In this document: positions 1-7,380 of the stretch, in pieces
Layout: every line of letters begins with the position of its first letter
Position numbering within the stretch: position 1 is the stretch's first letter
Origin: an uncultured delta proteobacterium
Lineage (GTDB): Bacteria; Desulfobacterota; Binatia; Binatales; Binataceae
DNA length: 64,000 nt
Assembly: GCA_963794325.1 (NCBI GenBank)
Contig: CAWCDG010000004.1
Span: 160,001-224,000, forward strand
Reading direction: 5' to 3'
The notes under the pieces: generated by a model
Seen by the model: only the letters and a program-made list of their open reading frames with translations
What the model was told of the DNA's origin: nothing
The model's database searches: none
Translations under genes and position numbers: made by a program

Positions 1-432
1 CGGATCGGGACCGGCCACGACGCCGGCGCGCGCGAGCCAATGCTCGATCATCGGCACCGGATCGATCATCTTGATTCCCTCGGTCTCGACTTCGCGCGCG
101 ACGCCGCGCAGCACCGCGTCATCGCTGAAGCGCCCGATGCCTGCTAGCATTTTCAGCGCGCGAGCGTCGGGCGCGAATGAGTCTTTCAGGCGCGCGCGAG
201 AGATTCCTCCGGCCATCGCGGCTTCTGAGACACCGGCGCTTTTGAATACGTCGATAATCTTTTGCAGCTCGCCGACTTTGATCCAGGTCACGTCGTCGAT
301 AACTGAGTCGAGCGCCCGTTCGCTTTCATTGAGATGCGCGACCGCGATTATTTTTATTCCGCGCTCGCGTGCGGCACGCGCTACTTCGAGCGGGAACACG
401 CCGTTACCTGCGATTAGTCCGAGCTTATTCAC
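1..432 (-). CDS. lpxI: UDP-2,3-diacylglucosamine diphosphatase LpxI (5' part; runs off the window)
   Basis: Translated by hand from GTG at 432: MNKLGLIAGNGVFPLEVARAARERG...DDAVLRGVAREVETEGI. The LGLIAGxG start is typical of LpxI. Overlaps the lpxA stop. Not in the ORF track. Confidence 0.85.
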   Translation of the reverse strand, partial: MNKLGLIAGNGVFPLEVARAARERGIKIIAVAHLNESERALDSVIDDVTWIKVGELQKIIDVFKSAGVSEAAMAGGISRARLKDSFAPDARALKMLAGIGRFSDDAVLRGVAREVETEGIKMIDPVPMIEHWLARAGVVAGPDP

Positions 433-1216
433 GCTCGCGGCCAACGACTCCGCGCTCCGAGTTTTTGATAAAATCGACCAATCGCCGCACCTCGGCCAGC
501 TCGCCGTATTCTTCGAGCGTCTTCGCGATCGCTTCCTCGCGCAGCAGTTTCGAGAAAAACAGGATGCGGGTGGCAGCCTTGATAGCCGCGATCTTCTCGG
601 TGCTGAAGCCGCGACGCTGGAGTCCGATCTCGTTGACTCCCGCCAGGCGCGCCCGATCGCCCGCCACCATCGAGTACGGCGGCACGTCCTGCGCCACCTT
701 CGCTCCGGCCGCGACGAATGCGTGCGCGCCGATGCGGCAGAACTGATGCACCCCGCTCATTCCCTCGAGACTTGCAAATTCCTCGAGCACGCAGTGACCG
801 CCGAGCTGGGTCGAGTTCACCAGGATGCAATTATCGCCGATGACACAATCGTGGGCGATATGAACATAGGGCATGATCAGCACGTGATTGCCGATCAGCG
901 TGCGCATCCCGCCAACTTCAGTCCCGCGATGTATCGACGTGAACTCGCGAATCGTGTTGTCGTCGCCAATCTCGAGGGTCGCCGGCTCGCCGTGAAACTT
1001 CAAATCCGGCGTCGCGCAACCGACTGCGGCGAACGGGAAGATTCGATTGCGCTGGCCGATAGTAGTGAGAGATTCGATGACGACGTTTGCGCCAATCACG
1101 CTGCCCGCGCCGATCTTTACTTGCGGTCCGATCACCGCGCCCGGACCGACTTCGACGCTCGTGTCGAGTTCGGCCCGCTGGTCGATAACCGCCGAAGAAT
1201 GGATTCGCCCCGCTAT
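425..1216 (-). CDS. lpxA: Acyl-ACP--UDP-N-acetylglucosamine O-acyltransferase
   Basis: Hexapeptide repeats, HRGT, HIAHDC, VHQFCRIG, GVNEIGLQRRGF. The frame extends upstream of the track start (1135) through RIHSSAVID to ATA at 1216. Confidence 0.95.
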   Translation of the reverse strand: MAGRIHSSAVIDQRAELDTSVEVGPGAVIGPQVKIGAGSVIGANVVIESLTTIGQRNRIFPFAAVGCATPDLKFHGEPATLEIGDDNTIREFTSIHRGTEVGGMRTLIGNHVLIMPYVHIAHDCVIGDNCILVNSTQLGGHCVLEEFASLEGMSGVHQFCRIGAHAFVAAGAKVAQDVPPYSMVAGDRARLAGVNEIGLQRRGFSTEKIAAIKAATRILFFSKLLREEAIAKTLEEYGELAEVRRLVDFIKNSERGVVGRERE

Positions 1217-1674
1217 CGAACTTGCTCCTCGACTTCCATCGCGGACAATTCCGCCTCAGCCGCCAACTCGTCGCCGACCTTCGCCACCGCCTGCATCCGC
1301 CACAGCGGCCGATGAAATTTCAGAATTTTTACTTCCATGCGCAGTTGATCGCCCGGGATTACGCGCCGCCGAAAGCGCACTTTGTCCAATCCGGTCAGCA
1401 CGAACAGACGCGTCGGGTCCCCGCCCACTTCATTGAGTGCAAGGATCGCCCCCGACTGCGCCAACGCTTCGACGATCAGCACTCCCGGCATCACTGGATG
1501 CCCCGGAAAGTGTCCCGCAAAGTATGGCTCGTTGAAAGTGACGTTCTTGATCGTTACGACCCGGCCCTTGCCCAGTTCGAGGATGCGATCGACTAACAGA
1601 AACGGATAGCGATGGGGCAGCAGCCCCAGCACCCGCTCGAGTTCCGAGACTTTCGTGTCGTGGTCGTCAGGCAC
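1213..1674 (-). CDS. fabZ: 3-hydroxyacyl-ACP dehydratase
   Basis: LPHRYPFLLVDRI and GHFPGHPVMPGVLIVEALAQ motifs; position before lpxA. Confidence 0.95.
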   Translation of the reverse strand: MPDDHDTKVSELERVLGLLPHRYPFLLVDRILELGKGRVVTIKNVTFNEPYFAGHFPGHPVMPGVLIVEALAQSGAILALNEVGGDPTRLFVLTGLDKVRFRRRVIPGDQLRMEVKILKFHRPLWRMQAVAKVGDELAAEAELSAMEVEEQVR

Positions 1675-1680
1675 CGCGGC

Positions 1681-2332
1681 CTACTTCGAGATCGTCGACT
1701 TCTTGGCCGCCTGCGATCCGAAATCCGACGGCTCCGACGCGCCCGGCTGATCGCTCTGGACGCTGGCCGGCCGTACTCCGCTGCCCGGACCTTCGCCCAC
1801 CGATCCGATCGGTACGTGCATCGTGTTGTAACTGCGGATCACCTGGTCGGTGATATCGATATTCGGCGCGCCCCACAGAATCGATCCCTTCTCGAACACC
1901 ATCGTATAGTTGTCGCGCTCGCCCACCGTGCGGATGACTTGCGCGAGGTCGTGGACGATCTTCGCGGTGACCTCCTGGTCCTTGGCCTGCAGCTCGTCCT
2001 TCGAGTCCTTGTAGTCGCGCTCGAAGTTCTTGAGCTTCTCCATGTACTGATCCTGCAGGGCCTGGCGCTGATCGGGATTCATCAGCATGCCCTTTTTTCT
2101 CCATCTGGTCCTTCAGCGATTGGACTTCGTTTTGCTGCCGCTGAAGGCGTCCCTCCAGCGAGGTGACGCGGCCCTGGAAGTCGGCCTTGGCGCGCTTGCC
2201 GGCGTCGCACTCATTGAGCGCCCGTTGCACGTCAACGTAGGCGAACTTGAATTCGGCGTGCGCGGGAACTGCCGCTAACGTCATCGCAAGGAACACACCG
2301 AACATCGCACCGATGAACAACCGTTGCCTCAT
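1681..2332 (-). pseudogene. skp: Skp/OmpH periplasmic chaperone, split by a frameshift at about 2090-2098 (may be an assembly error)
   Basis: Signal peptide plus KFAYVDVQRAL in the ORF starting at 2332. The C-terminal half (YTMVFE...DITDQVI) is in another frame (1681-2088). The junction is an A6G3 run. Confidence 0.8.
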
Positions 2333-2512
2333 ACAGCCCGGAAAGCCTCCTGTTGACTAGCTATCTGAATCCGCGACACACGTTCGCACGCGCGCGCCAC
2401 CCGATGCCACGTGAATCATACACAATAGTATCTCATAGAGCATTAAATCCAGTTGCGCGTGGCCTGATAGTCGTTAGGTTTTCCCAGAAATCGCTGGACC
2501 TCATTCGCGAAG

Positions 2513-4945
2513 CTACAACGGCGAACCCGCGCCGACTTCAAACACGGTGCTCTGATCGGCCGGCCGTGGATTGATCGGAAAGGCGATGTCCACCGCCAGC
2601 GGCCCGAATGGCGATTTCCAGCGCACCCCGATTCCCGCCGACGCCTGCAGCTTGGTGATGTCGAGCGAATCCTTGAGCAGGAACGATTGTCCCGCGTCGC
2701 TGAATATCACCCCGCGAATGCCCAATCCGGACAATATCGGGAACGTGATCTCGTTGCTGAACAGCAACTCCTTGCTGCCGCCTACGTCCTGCACGCTTTG
2801 CGGCGTGCCGTTCGCGCTGAAGATCGTCACCTGCGGGCCCAACGAATAGAGCTGATAGCCGCGCACGTCGCCCGGGCCGCCGACGCCGCCCGGGAAGAAT
2901 CGCTCGTAGAGCGGCAACTCGCCACCGGTCCCGTTTTGCAGATTGGTCCCGATGCCGAAGGTGATTCCCTGCGACAGCACGAACGTTCCCAGCGTCTGGC
3001 TCTTCAGGAACGGATAGAAGTATCTGAAATGGGCGACGCCCTTGATGAACGAGTTGGTCCCGCCGAGTCCGCCAAACTGCATACTGAGGCTCTCGACTGT
3101 ACCGGTGCGCGGATCGGTCGGATTGTCCACCGTGAAGCGGCGTATCGTCGGCGTAATTTCAGAGGTCTGCGTGTAGCCCTTGTAGCGCGCGATTTGGAAG
3201 GTCGTGAATGCGTTCAGCCCGGTGATTCCGATGCTCTGATACGAGTAGCCAATTCCCGCCGAGATGTCCTTCAGCGAAAACGGGCCAAGCTTCTTGAAGC
3301 CGAGTTCGGTCAGCGGGTAGGTCGTCGTCAGCGTGAATCCGGCCGCCGACTGGTTGAAACTCAGCAGGTACTGTTTGTTGTCGAATAGCTGCAGACCCAC
3401 GGCCAGGGGGATATCCAGGAACCACGGCTCGGTGTAGCTGATGCTGTAGTTCTGGAACAGAAATCCCACCTGCGCATTCGCGACGAGCGATTCGCCGCCG
3501 CCAAACAAGTTGGTATTGCCCAGCGTGAAATTGCCGAACACCGATTGATAGCTGTCGAATCCTCCCGCGACCTGGAACGACGCGGTGTTCGCCTCGGTCA
3601 CGTTGACGTCGAGGTTTATCTTGTCGGGCTGCGTGGCCGGAGCGGTCGTGATGCGCGTGTCGCTGAAGAATCCGAGCCGGTCCAGCCGCACTTTCGAATC
3701 GCGGATCTCTTCGGCGCTGTACGGCTCCTGCTCCTGCACCTGAATCTCGCGCCGGATTACCTTGTCCGAGGTTTTCGTATTGCCGCTGATATTGATGCGG
3801 TTGATTATCACTTCGTGGCCGGGATTGATCACGAACACCACGTTGACCCGCTTGTTGGTGTGGACCAGCTGCGTGTGCGGATCGACGTTGACGTAGGCGT
3901 AGCCGCGATTCGAGTAGAAATCCGATAGCGCCAGCACCTGCCGCTGCAATGCTGACCCGCGGAATAGTTGCCCGCTCTTCATCGTCAGCAGTCTGCGCAA
4001 TTCGTGACGCGGAAATTTCAGGTTGCCGGTGATGTCGAGCCGGCCGACCCGGTACGGCGTGCTCTCGTCGATGGTTATTACAATCGTGATTTTCTCGCCG
4101 CTGCGCACTGTCTGCGGCGGTGCAATCTGCACGTTGAGGTAGCCGTTGTCGTAGTAAAATGCGGTCAGGCGATCGACGTCTTCCTGAAGTTTCTTCGGAT
4201 CGAGCGCGCCCCATCCCGTGACCCAGCTCAGCAATTTACTGTAGGGCCGCGTTTCCATATTGGCTTGCAGAATCGAGGACGAAAACGCGTGGTTGCCGAC
4301 GAACTCGATTTTCGTGATCTCGACCTTCGGCCCTTCCACCACGTCAAATTCGCCGAACGCCGTGTTGTCGGGCTGCGGAATCGGCTTGAAAGTTACCTTG
4401 GCGTCCGTGTAGCCCGCGTCCGCGTAAACCTTGGTGATATTGTTGATCGTCTCCTTGACCGCGATCGGATCCAGTATCACTCCCGGATGCACTTTCATCG
4501 CCGCGACTATCTTGTCGTCGTTCGATCGGATCGCCTTCATCCCGTACAGCTTGACGTCGCTTATCTGCGGGCGTTCCTTCACGTAGTACACCAGCACGTT
4601 CTGCGCGCCCTGCCTTACCACGTGCGCACTCACCGCCGAGAAAAAACCCAACGACTCAATCGACTTGATATCCGCGGTTACCGCATTCGGATCGAGCGGC
4701 TGGCCGACCTGCTGCGTGATATGGATTCGAATCGCGTCCTCTTCGACGCGTTGATTACCGCTGATCTGAATCTTTGAGATTATCGGCCCCGATCCCTGCG
4801 CGCGCGCCACCGATGCAGTGAGCATCGCGGCTACCATCACTGCTGTCAGCGCGAAGGCAGCAAGCAATAGCGTTCGATGTGGGCCGCGAAGCCCGCAAGA
4901 TAACGGCGCGCGCGGCGTGCGCGCGTTGAATTTTCCCGATGTCAC
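2513..4945 (-). CDS. bamA: Outer membrane protein assembly factor BamA
   Basis: POTRA repeats (ISGNQRV, GNTKTSDKVIRRE, RLDRLGFF), YTEPWFLD, VRGY, GVRWKSPFGPL. True start may be somewhat downstream. Confidence 0.95.
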   Translation of the reverse strand: MTSGKFNARTPRAPLSCGLRGPHRTLLLAAFALTAVMVAAMLTASVARAQGSGPIISKIQISGNQRVEEDAIRIHITQQVGQPLDPNAVTADIKSIESLGFFSAVSAHVVRQGAQNVLVYYVKERPQISDVKLYGMKAIRSNDDKIVAAMKVHPGVILDPIAVKETINNITKVYADAGYTDAKVTFKPIPQPDNTAFGEFDVVEGPKVEITKIEFVGNHAFSSSILQANMETRPYSKLLSWVTGWGALDPKKLQEDVDRLTAFYYDNGYLNVQIAPPQTVRSGEKITIVITIDESTPYRVGRLDITGNLKFPRHELRRLLTMKSGQLFRGSALQRQVLALSDFYSNRGYAYVNVDPHTQLVHTNKRVNVVFVINPGHEVIINRINISGNTKTSDKVIRREIQVQEQEPYSAEEIRDSKVRLDRLGFFSDTRITTAPATQPDKINLDVNVTEANTASFQVAGGFDSYQSVFGNFTLGNTNLFGGGESLVANAQVGFLFQNYSISYTEPWFLDIPLAVGLQLFDNKQYLLSFNQSAAGFTLTTTYPLTELGFKKLGPFSLKDISAGIGYSYQSIGITGLNAFTTFQIARYKGYTQTSEITPTIRRFTVDNPTDPRTGTVESLSMQFGGLGGTNSFIKGVAHFRYFYPFLKSQTLGTFVLSQGITFGIGTNLQNGTGGELPLYERFFPGGVGGPGDVRGYQLYSLGPQVTIFSANGTPQSVQDVGGSKELLFSNEITFPILSGLGIRGVIFSDAGQSFLLKDSLDITKLQASAGIGVRWKSPFGPLAVDIAFPINPRPADQSTVFEVGAGSPL

Positions 4946-5086
4946 TCAGACCTTCCAAAAACCGCGCCCAAACTAGCCAATCGGTTCCCCCATGTAAACC
5001 AAACGCCTACCGGCGGTTAAATTGTTACGAACAAGGCATCAGTAAACCGCTCAAAGTAAACTCACTCGCCAGAAAAAACTCGATTG

Positions 5087-5124
5087 TTCCCCTTCCCTCA
5101 AGGGAAGGGGTTAGGGGTTAGGTT
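5087..5124. repeat. REP-like family A (CCCCTTCCC-N4-GGGAAGGGG + TTAGGGGTTAGG tail)
   Basis: Hairpin plus tail, intergenic; other copies at 33778, 33848, 35674, 51761, 53602, 56229. Confidence 0.85.
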
Positions 5125-5130
5125 CTTTGC

Positions 5131-5865
5131 TCAAGCTCGCCGCTCATCCACCAGCTTCCCCTCATGCAGCCGCAGGGCGCGTCCCACGCTGCGCGTCAAC
5201 TGCTCGTTATGCGTCGCTATTACCAGCGTGATCCCGAGCTCGCGATTCAACTTGTGAAACAGATCGTGCACTTCAGCCGCCGTATGCGGATCGAGATTGC
5301 CGGTCGGCTCGTCCGCCAGCAACAGCTTGGGCCGCAGCACGACGGCGCGCGCGACCGCCACCCGTTGCTGCTCACCACCTGATAGTTCCGACGGCCGGCG
5401 CTTGAGCTTGTCGCCGAGGCCGACAATTTCAAGCATCTCGGTTGCGCGCCTGGCCGTCTCGGCGTCGTCGATACGCGCAATCAGCGCCGGCATCATCACA
5501 TTTTCCAGAGCGGTGAAGTCCGCGAGCAGGTAATGGAACTGGAAAACAAATCCCAGCTTCATATTGCGGAACTCCGCCAGCGATTTCTGATCGAGCGCGA
5601 ATAGGTCCTCGCCTTCGAAATAAACTTTGCCCGCGGTCGGCTCCTCGAGGCTCCCGATAATGTGCAGCAGGGTGGATTTGCCCGTGCCCGACTGCCCTAC
5701 CACCGCGATTTCCTCGCCCGCCTCGACGTTCAGATCGAGATTGCGCAGCACCCGAATCTCCCGATCGGCGTCGTAGAATGTCTTGTCCAGGCCGCGCACC
5801 TCGATAAGACGCCCCGCCGCGGTTTTTGGTTTCGCTTTCGATGCGGCGGCGCGCGCTTCACTCAT
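5131..5865 (-). CDS. lolD: Lipoprotein-releasing ABC transporter ATPase
   Basis: GQSGTGKST, GFVFQFHYLL, LSGGEQQR, LLADEPTGNLD; follows the LolC/E gene. Confidence 0.9.
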   Translation of the reverse strand: MSEARAAASKAKPKTAAGRLIEVRGLDKTFYDADREIRVLRNLDLNVEAGEEIAVVGQSGTGKSTLLHIIGSLEEPTAGKVYFEGEDLFALDQKSLAEFRNMKLGFVFQFHYLLADFTALENVMMPALIARIDDAETARRATEMLEIVGLGDKLKRRPSELSGGEQQRVAVARAVVLRPKLLLADEPTGNLDPHTAAEVHDLFHKLNRELGITLVIATHNEQLTRSVGRALRLHEGKLVDERRA

Positions 5866-7138
5866 AGCGGATCACCTCGACTGGCGAGAGCCGCGTCGCC
5901 TGCAAGGCCGGGTAGATCGAGGCCAGCATGCACAGCACTATTGTCGCCACCGCCACCAGCACGAAGTTCCATGGATTCAGCTCGACCGGCACGTTACTCA
6001 CCATGAACATGTCGGCCGGCAGATGAATCAAATGATACTTGCCAATCAGGAACGACGTCACGAACCCGGCTCCATCGCCGATAATTGTGCCAATCACGCC
6101 GACCGCCGCGCCTTGCGCCAGAAATATCAGCGCGATCGATAGCGCCATCGCACCCATCGTGCGCAGGATGGCAATCTCCTTGCGCCGCTCCATCACCTCC
6201 ATCACCAGCGTCGCAATAATGTTGAACGCCGCGACCAGCACGATCAGCAGCAGCACCATGAAGTAGGTGAATTTCTCGAGCTTGAGTGCGGCAAACAGCG
6301 GCGCGTTGGCGGTGGTCCAGTCCTTGACCTCGAACTCAGGCCCCGCCATCGCCGCGATCTGTTCGCGTATTTGCGGCGCGTCGAACATGTTGGCCAGCCG
6401 CAACTCGATCCCGCTCTCGAGCGACGCGTCGTCGGCCAGCAGCGCGCGTCCGTCCTTCAGCGCGACAAACACCAGCGTCGAATCGAAGTCATACATGCCC
6501 GAGTGAAAGAATCCCGTCACCACGAACCGCTTGAGGCGCGGCGGCCCGATTCCCGCGCCCAGGCTCGCCGGCGAAATCAGTATCACAGGATCGCCAGGCC
6601 GCGCGCCCAGCTCCATCGCCAGCTGCTTGCCGATGATCGCGCCGGGCAACTGGACGACTCGCTTGACGCCCTTGTCGACGATCGTGACCGGATGCGTGGT
6701 CTCGAGATCGGCGAGCGTCCCGTTTTCGAGGGTGTCCTTCAATTCCTTGAGCACCGCGTTGTCGTGCGGCTGCACCCCGCGGAGAATTCCGCCCGACACC
6801 AGGCCCGGCGCGCCGGTGTCGGTGCTCGACACCGCCATCACCTGCGACGTCACGTACGGAGCCGACGCGACTACTCCAGGGATGGCCGCAATTTTCTTTT
6901 CGAGATCCGCCGGATTCCACACGCCGCCGTCGGTGCGTTCAATCGTTACCTGTGGCGTAAACGCGAGCAGCCGCCCGCGGAGATCGATCTCGAATCCGCT
7001 CATCACGCATAACGCGACCGACAACGTGAATGTTCCGATGGCTATGCCTGCCAGCGAGATGAACGCGATCAGCGACACGAATCGCTCGCGTCGCCGCGCC
7101 CGCAAATATCGGAGTCCAATCAGGAATTCGTAGCGCAA
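5858..7138 (-). CDS. lolC: Lipoprotein-releasing ABC transporter permease LolC/E
   Basis: IGLRYLR start, VMSGFE, VAAFNIIATLVM, KEIAILRTMGA, PVEVIRYE end. Confidence 0.9.
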   Translation of the reverse strand: MRYEFLIGLRYLRARRRERFVSLIAFISLAGIAIGTFTLSVALCVMSGFEIDLRGRLLAFTPQVTIERTDGGVWNPADLEKKIAAIPGVVASAPYVTSQVMAVSSTDTGAPGLVSGGILRGVQPHDNAVLKELKDTLENGTLADLETTHPVTIVDKGVKRVVQLPGAIIGKQLAMELGARPGDPVILISPASLGAGIGPPRLKRFVVTGFFHSGMYDFDSTLVFVALKDGRALLADDASLESGIELRLANMFDAPQIREQIAAMAGPEFEVKDWTTANAPLFAALKLEKFTYFMVLLLIVLVAAFNIIATLVMEVMERRKEIAILRTMGAMALSIALIFLAQGAAVGVIGTIIGDGAGFVTSFLIGKYHLIHLPADMFMVSNVPVELNPWNFVLVAVATIVLCMLASIYPALQATRLSPVEVIRYE

Positions 7139-7380
7139 CCCATCACCTTCATCGCTGGCAAATCTCTCTCATAGTCTTCACTTATTTACCGTTTTGGGCC
7201 ACCGCGCACACGCAAACGCGCCGAACCAGGCTTTTTCTTTGTTCGATTGAATCAAATCGGGTCGGTGATCGTCATAGTCGCCGAGCACTATGACATTTGC
7301 AACTATTTCGGGTTGCGCAGCCCGGCGTTCGTGAAATATGCTCACGTCCGCCTTTGACCCGAAATGCGGAGGATGCTCGC

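Noticed and set aside
71-1315. 414-aa plus-strand ORF and many other long antisense or alternate-frame ORFs (e.g. 22835-24640, 11232-12659, 47980-49071)
   Set aside because: They are shadows of well-supported genes in GC-rich DNA, with no family motifs
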